A stretch of DNA of 64,000 bases from an uncultured Alphaproteobacteria bacterium (GTDB lineage: Bacteria; Pseudomonadota; Alphaproteobacteria; Rs-D84). Under the pieces are notes generated by a model. That model made no database searches and was not told where the DNA came from. It worked only from the letters and a program-made list of their open reading frames with translations. Position 1 is the first letter of the stretch; every line of letters begins with the position of its first letter. The position numbers and the translations under genes were made by a program. Below are positions 18,466 through 27,296 of this stretch, piece by piece. The stretch spans positions 89,270 to 153,269 of the forward strand of contig CALXXV010000006.1 in the NCBI GenBank assembly GCA_944392775.1. The letters are read 5' to 3'.

Positions 18466-20013
18466 TTATTTATGCTTTTTCAAGGCATATACTGATGTCA
18501 TTAGCAAACAAGAAAATACTAATATTATTATAACCCAACCATTTTTACCAATGGTTCTATACAAAGTATTATGCGCCCCCCAAACAAAACCATCTAAATA
18601 ACCAGCCTGCCCTATTGGTAAAGAAGAAATAATTTCTCCATTTGCAGCAACAAAGGCGCTTATTCCAGAATAATTTGCCCTTATAATTGGCACTCCGGAT
18701 TCAATTGCATATCTACGGACCATATCTAAATGCTGATATGTACCGGGTGTCTTTCCAAACCATGTATCATTTGTAATATTTATTATTGCGTCTATATGCA
18801 GGTTTTCCTTAGGAAATAAAGAATCGGAAAAAATTATTTCATAACATATTGCAGGAACAAAAGAAAAATTTTTATTATCTAAATTTATTGACATTACCTT
18901 AGGTCCTTGACCTGCCGACAATTGACCTGGGGTCGGTATGATATCACCAAAAGGTCTATATTCACCAAATGGCACAAGATGAGATTTACTGTATATATCT
19001 TGTATAACCCCATCAGAAGATACAACTAACATAGAATTATACATTCCGCCATTATCATAAAATGTCGTTCCAATTAAAACATTTGCATCCAAAGCAGTTG
19101 CAATAGGCATAACATCATCTTTAACAACAACTAAAGGGTATGATGTTTCTGGGAAAACTATTAAATCAGGTTTGTTTTTATCCGAAGCAAGTAAAATCAA
19201 ATTCTTGATATTTTCTTCAGCATTTTTCAAAGCTTCGATTCTTGAATGAGAAGCCTTTTGAACAGCACTTTGTGCAGGTTGAACAATTCTTACAACAGGG
19301 GATACAAAACTATCGTTTTGGGAAATTTTCATATTATTTTCCCCTAACAATATACCAATAAAAAACAACAAACTGAAAACCCCGAAAACCATCCAACAAG
19401 TTTTAGATTCCTTATTAGAAAGCGCTTCAACCAAAGAAACAATCGTACCAATTATAACAAAAGACAATCCAATCGCCCCCCAGAAAGCCATAGAATTAGC
19501 TACTATGGGGAAAGGCATTGTTATATTAGCAATCGGATTCCATGGGAACCCTGTACACAACCATTCTCTAAGCCATAAAACAAATGCCCAAATTGTTGCG
19601 AACAAAATCGCCCTACATGCAGGTATCGTACGCATACAAGAAATTACGACAAAAGGAATTGCAAATATAATTCCTCCAACAACACCTATTCCTAACAAGG
19701 CCGGTATAGTCCATATAGCAAATTGCGCAGTTAATTCAGGAACAACGTATATAGAATGCAAGACCCACCAAAACATGCACATAGAATATGTAGCACTAAA
19801 TGGAAGCGCCCTTAAAAAATTTTTTATTAAACCGTCTTTGGAATTATTAGATCTGATAATTAGTTTATATGCACACGCAATAGATAAAAGGGTCACCCAC
19901 CACATATAAAAAGGAGCAAAACCCAAAGAAGCCCCCACCCCCAATAATGCCAGCAAAACATATTGTTCTAAACTATTTTTGCGTATTTTTATTTTTTTAA
20001 AAAAAGAAAAAAT
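18466..20013 (-). CDS. lnt: apolipoprotein N-acyltransferase (Lnt) portion of a continuous ybeY-lnt ORF; N-terminal boundary uncertain
   Basis: Multi-TM N-terminal domain and a C-terminal CN-hydrolase domain (...VFPETSY...). There is no stop codon between ybeY and lnt. The only candidate internal initiator is a GGGGAG-proximal ATT. Confidence 0.6.
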   Translation of the reverse strand: MFSFFKKIKIRKNSLEQYVLLALLGVGASLGFAPFYMWWVTLLSIACAYKLIIRSNNSKDGLIKNFLRALPFSATYSMCMFWWVLHSIYVVPELTAQFAIWTIPALLGIGVVGGIIFAIPFVVISCMRTIPACRAILFATIWAFVLWLREWLCTGFPWNPIANITMPFPIVANSMAFWGAIGLSFVIIGTIVSLVEALSNKESKTCWMVFGVFSLLFFIGILLGENNMKISQNDSFVSPVVRIVQPAQSAVQKASHSRIEALKNAEENIKNLILLASDKNKPDLIVFPETSYPLVVVKDDVMPIATALDANVLIGTTFYDNGGMYNSMLVVSSDGVIQDIYSKSHLVPFGEYRPFGDIIPTPGQLSAGQGPKVMSINLDNKNFSFVPAICYEIIFSDSLFPKENLHIDAIINITNDTWFGKTPGTYQHLDMVRRYAIESGVPIIRANYSGISAFVAANGEIISSLPIGQAGYLDGFVWGAHNTLYRTIGKNGWVIIILVFSCLLMTSVYALKKHK

Positions 20014-20064
20014 CTTACTCCCCGGGCAACAGGAAGAATCGCTGTATATACAGGAATCCGTCGC

Positions 20065-20484
20065 ATACGGGTTTTTTATTCCAATTTTTTTTAATATTTT
20101 TATTTCCTTTGCTTCCATTACTTTAGCTTCTTCTTCTTTTATATGGTCATAGCCTAATAAATGCAAAACCCCATGTACAATCATATGAGCAGTATGATCT
20201 TCAATAGATATATTTGCTTCTTTTGCTTCACGCGCGACCGTATCTAATGCAATATATATATCCCCTAATAAAATATCATCTTCTAATTCAAAAGATAATA
20301 CGTTCGTAGGTTTATCAATATTTCTATATTTCTTATTTAAAGCATGTATTTCATCATCATTAGTTAAGACTATTGAAATCTCTGCATTAGTATACTTTTT
20401 ATCAACGACACTATTAGCAACACGCACAAAATCAATATCGTATTTTTTCCATCTATTATCATTATAATTTACATATATTTTCAT
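20065..20484 (-). CDS. ybeY: endoribonuclease YbeY domain (same reading frame as lnt, no intervening stop)
   Basis: MKIYVNYND...HMIVHGVLHLLGYDH (H3 zinc motif) ...ILKKIGIKNPY is the YbeY C-terminus. ATG verified at 20482-20484, with a GAAGG SD upstream. Confidence 0.7.
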
Positions 20485-20503
20485 ATTATTACCTTCAATA
20501 AAC

Positions 20504-22414
20504 TCAGCTTCGTTCTTCCATATCAAAAATTTTTATATGCATTTTTTCCTTGCTGCTAATTTCTGAGCTAGCCTTATTAAAAGAAGTTATTTTCTTTTTA
20601 TTATTCTTTTTTAATTTAGCAGAAACTCGTTTTACATCAGCTATAACACGTTTATTTCCATTTGTAACCGCAAGTTTATAATTATCTAAAGCCTTTTCAT
20701 AATTTCCAATTTGTTCGTATGCAAAACCGGCATTATATTGCGCTGCCCCATATTGACTTTTATCTCCTATATTATTAAGAATAATTCTTGCTTGCCCTAT
20801 TGCATCTTTATATCTTCCTATTTTATTATAAGTTGCCGCCAAATCATTATGAAGTAATGCATTATCAGGATACATTTTCAACATATTTTCAAATTTTTCT
20901 GCCGCAATTTTATAATCTTGATTCTTAAAAGAGCTTATAGCGTCTGCATACAACTCATCATAACCGATAACATAACTTTTAACTTCTACATCAGAGTTTT
21001 CTGTTAATAACTTAGAGAAATTTTTACTACCTAACTCGCATTTTCCTTGTTCACAAAATGCCAATACATCTTTTGGTAAAAAATCTTTAACTTTTTTCCA
21101 ATTGTTTAAAGACTGTCCCCTTTTGTTCACGGGATTATCCAACCAATTTCTAAAAACTTCATATGTTTCTTTATTCAATTTTACATTATTCGCCCTACCT
21201 GTAAAAAAAGCTTTTTTATTACTTCCCATATATTTAAAAAACTCGTACATACCATTAGATGGGCAATTCAATAACATTTGTGGTGTAATTTCACCGATTA
21301 GTAATCCCGCCTCTAACCAGCGTCTCCAATACAAACCGCGTCCCCCTGCTAAAAATCCGCCAAGTTTATCAGCTACAAGTTCTTTATTTGAACCTTCTAA
21401 CCAAAGCTTACCAAAACTTGTTGGTGATTTTATCGGGTATTCATCAAAGCATTTTTTTACTAACGAATCGGGAACGCCATAACCGTATTCTTTATATAAA
21501 TTTCTTAACTTTTCAAAACGGTTTTTATGATTTTTATCATTCTTTCTTTCTATTAATTTAGAATATGAATTATATACAATTGAACTCATTCCCAAGGCTT
21601 CTTCTGTATCTTTTATATTCACTCCCTTTAAAGCCACATCATAACAATAAAGAACGAAATATGTTTCACCCTCTTCCAAATGCCATCTTGCTAATTCATA
21701 AGCTTCTTCTGTGGTTATTGGCTCCGTGCTCATTGTAACTGATTTGCCATCTTTTAGTTTTGTTGAACCAAAACCAATTGTAGGAATGCCTTTTGAATCA
21801 CGATAAGGCGTATGAAGTCCAGTTACCGGATCTATATGAACGCCCTCTTTCGCGATCAAATCGGCTATCAAAAAGGGGGTTATAGGTTGCATTTTTTTTA
21901 AAAACGCAGCATATGTATTCTTTATTTTTTCTTCGGCTTCTTTATTTATATGCCATTCTTTATAAACTTTTACACTTTCATTTGTAAAGAAAGCCCCGCC
22001 ACCGATAGAAAGCAACATAAAATACCACATAATATGAGCTGACATATTAGGATATTTTTTTGCAAAAGATTGAAGCTTTTTAGGTTTACCATTTTGATTT
22101 TTTTCAATTTCAATATCAGAGAACTTTTTCTCCATTTTATGCATTAATTCATTATCCAGCACAGACCATCTCATCAGCATCAAAAGGAATTGCGCCCCAC
22201 CTGCTGCCAACCAAGCCGACCATTTAGCAGATCGTAGTCCCAATAACTTTGCGTTATTCTTAGCAATAGTATATTTATCTTTTTTATCACCTTTATCACC
22301 ATCTTCATTATCTTTTTTTACATAATCCACAGGCGAGAAATTTTCAGCAACTTTACGAATTTTTTTTGCCAATTTTTCCGGTCTAGTAACTATTTTTGTA
22401 AATTTTTCGGTCAT
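20504..22414 (-). CDS. membrane-anchored GH24 lysozyme-like domain protein with C-terminal TPR repeats
   Basis: Charged N-terminus and two TM segments. The motif KEGVHIDPVTGLHTPYRDSKGIPTIGFG matches T4/lambda lysozyme E-G..Y.D..G.TIG.G. The C-terminal third has TPR-like repeats (YNKIGRYKDAI, AYEQIGNYEKALDNYKLA). Confidence 0.55.
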   Translation of the reverse strand: MTEKFTKIVTRPEKLAKKIRKVAENFSPVDYVKKDNEDGDKGDKKDKYTIAKNNAKLLGLRSAKWSAWLAAGGAQFLLMLMRWSVLDNELMHKMEKKFSDIEIEKNQNGKPKKLQSFAKKYPNMSAHIMWYFMLLSIGGGAFFTNESVKVYKEWHINKEAEEKIKNTYAAFLKKMQPITPFLIADLIAKEGVHIDPVTGLHTPYRDSKGIPTIGFGSTKLKDGKSVTMSTEPITTEEAYELARWHLEEGETYFVLYCYDVALKGVNIKDTEEALGMSSIVYNSYSKLIERKNDKNHKNRFEKLRNLYKEYGYGVPDSLVKKCFDEYPIKSPTSFGKLWLEGSNKELVADKLGGFLAGGRGLYWRRWLEAGLLIGEITPQMLLNCPSNGMYEFFKYMGSNKKAFFTGRANNVKLNKETYEVFRNWLDNPVNKRGQSLNNWKKVKDFLPKDVLAFCEQGKCELGSKNFSKLLTENSDVEVKSYVIGYDELYADAISSFKNQDYKIAAEKFENMLKMYPDNALLHNDLAATYNKIGRYKDAIGQARIILNNIGDKSQYGAAQYNAGFAYEQIGNYEKALDNYKLAVTNGNKRVIADVKRVSAKLKKNNKKKITSFNKASSEISSKEKMHIKIFDMEERS

Positions 22415-22425
22415 AAATACATCTC

Positions 22426-22797
22426 CTATGACTTGCGATTTTTACCAAGCCCTGATTTCTTAGCTATTTTTGAACGTTTAACGGAATACTTTGGTGCTAC
22501 GAAAGGATAATCGTCTGGTAGTCCCCATTTTTTTCTATATTGATCTGGTGTCATATTAAATTTTCTATGAATATATCTTCGCAACATAACGTGCCACGTT
22601 CCATCTTCTAAACATTTTATTTTATCAGATTGAATCGAATCGGATATTTGCTGTGGACTAATTGAGGCCCCCCGCAATGTTTCACGTGCTGTTCTTACCG
22701 CCTCTTCCATCGTAAGCTTTGGATTTGCAGATATTGCAGCCGCTGCAAGATTTGCTACAGCCAATGTAAAATCTGAATTTTTATCATCATTTATCAA
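22426..22797 (-). CDS. mucR: MucR/Ros family transcriptional regulator (non-canonical zinc site)
   Basis: The C-terminal ...KCLEDGTWHVMLRRYIHRKFNMTPDQYRKKWGLPDDYPFVAPKYS... aligns to Ros/MucR CLECG...HL.THH.MTPEEYR.KWGLP.DYPMVAP.Y. Confidence 0.75.
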   Translation of the reverse strand: MINDDKNSDFTLAVANLAAAAISANPKLTMEEAVRTARETLRGASISPQQISDSIQSDKIKCLEDGTWHVMLRRYIHRKFNMTPDQYRKKWGLPDDYPFVAPKYSVKRSKIAKKSGLGKNRKS

Positions 22798-22873
22798 TTG
22801 ATAAACCTTTGTTTATTTTATACAATTTATTATATCACAAATAAAATATAAATAAACTTAAAGTAAAATATAT

Positions 22874-24148
22874 ATGCTCAATGAAAATAGACCACTTGCA
22901 GATTTAATGCGTCCGACAACAATAGATGATATTGTGGGTCAAAACCAATTATTAGGAGAAAACGGTCTAGTTCGTCGAATGGTCGACAACCATAAACTAT
23001 CAAATCTTATTTTATGGGGGCCTCCAGGATGCGGCAAAACTACTATTGCAAGGGCGCTTGCTAAATCAGTAGACATGGATTTCGTACCGATGTCTGCTGT
23101 ATTTTCTGGCACATCCGATATAAAGAAAGCTATGGAAGCAGCAAAAATGAATCGTGAAATTGGAAGAAACACGCTTTTATTTATAGACGAAATTCACAGA
23201 TTCAATAAAACACAACAAGATACGCTATTACCATATCTAGAAGATGGAACCGTTATTTTTATGGGTGCAACAACGGAAAACCCAAGTTTTAATTTAAATA
23301 ACGCTTTATTGTCCAGATGCCACATAGGCGTTTTACAAGCGTTATCAACAGAAGACCTTATGACACTTATGGAACGGGCGGAAAAATTTTTAAATAAAAA
23401 ATTACCGTTAGATGAAAAAGCTCGTATTCACTTATCTCAAATGGCAGATGGCGATGCAAGATTTTTATTAAACACCATCGAGTATCTTGTATCAGCAAAT
23501 TTCAAAAAGAAACTCACTCCTGAAACATTAGATACAGCAATACAAAAACGCGCTCCATTATCGGACAAAAGTGGTGATGAACATTATAATCTAATATCAG
23601 CAGTACACAAATCTTTACGTGCAAGTGACACAGATGCAGCTTTATATTGGACCGCCCGAATGATGACATCTGGTCAAGATCCAATGTATCTTTTCCGCAG
23701 ACTAAGCCGATTTGCTATGGAAGACATCGGTTTAGCAGATCCAAATGCAATACAAATGGCACTAACCGCATGGCAACTATATGAAAGAATGGGCAGTCCT
23801 GAAGGCGATTTAGCATTGACAGAGCTTGTTATATATTTAGGTACTGCACCGAAAAGTACCGCAAATTATCGGGCTCAAAACGCAGCATATCAATCTGCAC
23901 GAAATACTGGAAGTTTAATGCCACCCAAAAACATATTAAATGCCCCAACAAAAATGATGAAAGAAATGGGATATGGCGAAGGATATATTTATGAACCAAA
24001 CACAGAATCGGGCTTTAGCGGTCAAAATTGTTTTCCAGAATCTATGGAAAGACAAGTATTTTATCGCCCAATAGAACGCGGCTTTGAAAGAGAGATAAAA
24101 AAAAGACTAGATTACTGGGAATCGTTACGTAAAAAAAGTACAAATTAA
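22874..24148 (+). CDS. rarA: replication-associated recombination protein A (AAA+ ATPase RarA/MgsA)
   Basis: Walker A GPPGCGKTT, and the RarA family pattern through the C-terminal domain. Confidence 0.9.
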   Translation: MLNENRPLADLMRPTTIDDIVGQNQLLGENGLVRRMVDNHKLSNLILWGPPGCGKTTIARALAKSVDMDFVPMSAVFSGTSDIKKAMEAAKMNREIGRNTLLFIDEIHRFNKTQQDTLLPYLEDGTVIFMGATTENPSFNLNNALLSRCHIGVLQALSTEDLMTLMERAEKFLNKKLPLDEKARIHLSQMADGDARFLLNTIEYLVSANFKKKLTPETLDTAIQKRAPLSDKSGDEHYNLISAVHKSLRASDTDAALYWTARMMTSGQDPMYLFRRLSRFAMEDIGLADPNAIQMALTAWQLYERMGSPEGDLALTELVIYLGTAPKSTANYRAQNAAYQSARNTGSLMPPKNILNAPTKMMKEMGYGEGYIYEPNTESGFSGQNCFPESMERQVFYRPIERGFEREIKKRLDYWESLRKKSTN

Positions 24149-24149
24149 A

Positions 24150-25136
24150 CTAACGCACATTCAATGAACAAAGTTCATTCAACATTTCTAAAACGTTTTT
24201 TAAATTATCTGTCTGTTTAGCCTTGCACCCAACACCTGCGCGGTTTATCAAGCCTGACAAAGTTTTTCCCGGCCCCAATTCATAAGCCCTAGTAATATTG
24301 TAATCTGGAAATTTTTCCATTATTTCAAGCCATCTAACACCATGACTCATTTGACTTGCCAATGCTTCTTTTACATCTTTTGGATTACTCATAATATTAG
24401 CTGTATGGTTAGAAAACCAGTTAGTTTTCGGAGGGTTTATTTCTATTTTTTCCAACCGAGTTCTTAAAAGAACTTCTGCTTTTTTCATCAATTCACAATG
24501 TGCAGGAACGGCCACATTTAAACGTTTAGCTATTTTTGCCCCTTTTTCAAAAGCCCTGTCTATAACTGCATCTAAAGCTTCAATTTGTCCGCTTATAATA
24601 AACTGATCTTTTGCATTATGATTTGCAATAGCGGCATATCCGTGACCTTTAGCCGCCAACAAAGACAATAATACATCCTCTTTTGACAAACCGACAATAC
24701 AGGCCATTCCCCCATCTTTTACACCCGCCCCTATCATATAAGAAGACCTATCTGAAACAAGCTTAACTACATCCTCTAACAACACACTTCCGACACAATG
24801 CAATGCAGAATACTGTCCCATGGAATGCCCAACCATTGCATAAGCTATTTCATAAAGCGGTTTACCAAGCGCACCCTCTATTATTCTGGCAATTGATATA
24901 GAATGAGCAAATATCCCAAGAGAAGTTATATCTGGTCTATTTAAATAGCTTGATGGTCCATCAAAACAAAATTTTGCAACATTTTTATGTGCAATATCAG
25001 ATACTTGTTCAAAAGTATACCGCACACATGCAAAATTTTTAAATAAATCTTTTCCCATGCCGATATACTGAACGCCTTGACCCGGGAAAACAAAAATTAC
25101 ATTTTCTGAAAACATAAGGCACAAAGTTTTATACAA
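24150..25136 (-). CDS. fabD: malonyl-CoA:ACP transacylase
   Basis: FVFPGQGVQYIGMG and GHSMGQYSAL active-site motifs. Confidence 0.8.
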   Translation of the reverse strand: MYKTLCLMFSENVIFVFPGQGVQYIGMGKDLFKNFACVRYTFEQVSDIAHKNVAKFCFDGPSSYLNRPDITSLGIFAHSISIARIIEGALGKPLYEIAYAMVGHSMGQYSALHCVGSVLLEDVVKLVSDRSSYMIGAGVKDGGMACIVGLSKEDVLLSLLAAKGHGYAAIANHNAKDQFIISGQIEALDAVIDRAFEKGAKIAKRLNVAVPAHCELMKKAEVLLRTRLEKIEINPPKTNWFSNHTANIMSNPKDVKEALASQMSHGVRWLEIMEKFPDYNITRAYELGPGKTLSGLINRAGVGCKAKQTDNLKNVLEMLNELCSLNVR

Positions 25137-25187
25137 AATTTAATAAAAGTCAACAAAAACGACTTTTATAAAACCTGTAAATAAACT

Positions 25188-25916
25188 TTAAAACAATATA
25201 TTTATTTTTGTTCCTATTTGCAATTCATCACTTTCAAATTCATAATCTAAATGACCTACATATTGCGTACGTCCATATTGACGAATTACTTTTCCACTAA
25301 GCCATTCTTGATCATAATGCGGATTTGTAGCTTTTCTGAAGGTCAACCCTGCCCCCAAGCGCCAATCTGGATCTAATCTAAAATAAGCTTCTGGGACAAA
25401 ATCTATATATGCCATACCACGAACATTATCAAATATCCAACTAGACTTTATTGTTGCAGCCAACGTTAAACCGGCCCACTGGCGCCCGAAACGATAGCCC
25501 GCATAATAAGTAGAATCTGCAAAGTAAGGCGTACGCACCTTTGAACTGCCGCCAAATTTTAGTCCGAATAAAACATCAGAAATTATATGCGCACTATTTC
25601 CATTAGCCGTACCAACACGATATACACCGCCCAAATCTATACTAGAAAAACCGTCTTCTGGGCCATCAAAATCTTGTTGATAATGAACATTTGCCGCTAT
25701 ACTCAAACGATCGTTTAGACCATAAGAAATCGTTTGTCCCAGACGTAATACATTATCCCAATAAGTTAAAGTTGTCTGTGATAAAACATCTTCAAATCGC
25801 AATATATATAAAGGATCAGATGTATCTTTATCTAAATTATTTGCTAATGCCTGAACAGAAAATAAAGATAACGACATGAAAACAGCAAAAAAACCAGTAT
25901 AAAAAAATTTGCGCAT
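25188..25916 (-). CDS. outer-membrane beta-barrel protein (MipA/OmpV/OmpW-like), putative
   Basis: Signal peptide, alternating amphipathic strands, C-terminal aromatic (…KINILF). Confidence 0.55.
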   Translation of the reverse strand: MRKFFYTGFFAVFMSLSLFSVQALANNLDKDTSDPLYILRFEDVLSQTTLTYWDNVLRLGQTISYGLNDRLSIAANVHYQQDFDGPEDGFSSIDLGGVYRVGTANGNSAHIISDVLFGLKFGGSSKVRTPYFADSTYYAGYRFGRQWAGLTLAATIKSSWIFDNVRGMAYIDFVPEAYFRLDPDWRLGAGLTFRKATNPHYDQEWLSGKVIRQYGRTQYVGHLDYEFESDELQIGTKINILF

Positions 25917-25984
25917 TTCTCCACTCCAGAACTAAAAATCTTTTAAACCCGTTTGGATGCGTTGCATTCAAACGGATTTAAAAA

Positions 25985-27193
25985 TTAAAATAAAAATATT
26001 GCCTGTAAACCAACAGATGTTTCAGAATAATTATCAATATTCGCCAAACCTATCTGCATAAAATCACCTGTATTACTATCCGTTCCATAGAAATCTAAAT
26101 CTTTACCGTCTGCGGAGTTATATACAGAAGTTTTGGCATAAAGATTCAACGCCATCCAATCATTTGGTTGCCACCCGATTGCAGCTTTTATATTAGCTTG
26201 ACTACTCCAATCATAATGCCCCAAAACAGCTTCAAAATTCAATGTCCAATCTTCATCCAAAACACTAAATATACCCAAACCACCTTCTAAATAAAATACA
26301 TTATCTTTATCATTATAAGAGATAAAAAGACTTGAAATATCGCCATCGCTTGTAATTCCATCTATTCCGTTACCATACATATCTCCATCAAACATAACAT
26401 ACCAAGCCCTTGCAAGTCCATATAATGTAGAAGATCCTATTTTATACCCTCCTTTTAAATCTAAAAGAAAGTTATTAGATATATTTTTTTGGTATTGGTA
26501 ATACCCAGACAATGTGGCGATCCAATCTTCTGTATCAACGAAACGCCATTGCCCCCCCAATCCTAGTATACTTAAATTGTTATCTTTTGAGGAATCGTCA
26601 GGTGCAGAATTCCAATCAAATTTATAATCAGATACATCATATTTTAACATTGCTAAAACGGCCAAACGATCTGTAATTCCATAACTAAAATCTTCTTTTA
26701 TAGATATTTGCCCCATATCCCATTTGCCGTCACTAGAAGACACTGTATTATCGCCAATAGGCTTTAATAAAATATCATAAGAAGACATTGTATAAGAAAG
26801 ATCTGTAAAAGATCCGAACTTCCCTTTCAACGGCTGAAAGAATGGGTGCGCCAAATAATACTTACGTTTTAATTCACTACGATAAGTTTCTGCCCTAGTT
26901 GTACGAACATTTACAGATGAATTTGTATTACTACCTGCATATTGTTTATATAATTGGCTTCGATCGGCAGGTTGCACATAATACAAATTCGAAGCATCTT
27001 TCTCATCATAAGTTTTTGTTGAACTGCGTGTTTCATATTTTTGATAATTTACTTGCGTTCTTTCACGAACAGCGGGCTGTCCAGTTAAATCAACACTAGA
27101 TGCGGCACGCGTACCAAAATTAGTATCTGCAAATGCGGGCATAATAGCTAAAATCGTAAAAGCATAAACGAATAAAGAAATTTGCTTTTTCAT
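25985..27193 (-). CDS. outer-membrane porin-like beta-barrel protein, putative
   Basis: Signal peptide MKKQISLFVYAFTILAIMPAFA. About 380-aa mature protein rich in Y/G/D/N, ending ...LQAIFLF. Confidence 0.55.
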   Translation of the reverse strand: MKKQISLFVYAFTILAIMPAFADTNFGTRAASSVDLTGQPAVRERTQVNYQKYETRSSTKTYDEKDASNLYYVQPADRSQLYKQYAGSNTNSSVNVRTTRAETYRSELKRKYYLAHPFFQPLKGKFGSFTDLSYTMSSYDILLKPIGDNTVSSSDGKWDMGQISIKEDFSYGITDRLAVLAMLKYDVSDYKFDWNSAPDDSSKDNNLSILGLGGQWRFVDTEDWIATLSGYYQYQKNISNNFLLDLKGGYKIGSSTLYGLARAWYVMFDGDMYGNGIDGITSDGDISSLFISYNDKDNVFYLEGGLGIFSVLDEDWTLNFEAVLGHYDWSSQANIKAAIGWQPNDWMALNLYAKTSVYNSADGKDLDFYGTDSNTGDFMQIGLANIDNYSETSVGLQAIFLF

Positions 27194-27296
27194 AAAAATC
27201 TCCTTTTGAGAAATTATATCATAAAAAAAAGCCCTTAAAAAGTATTTAATAAAAAACCCTGCGTTATTATAAATCCACAGGATTTAAAAGCAATCA

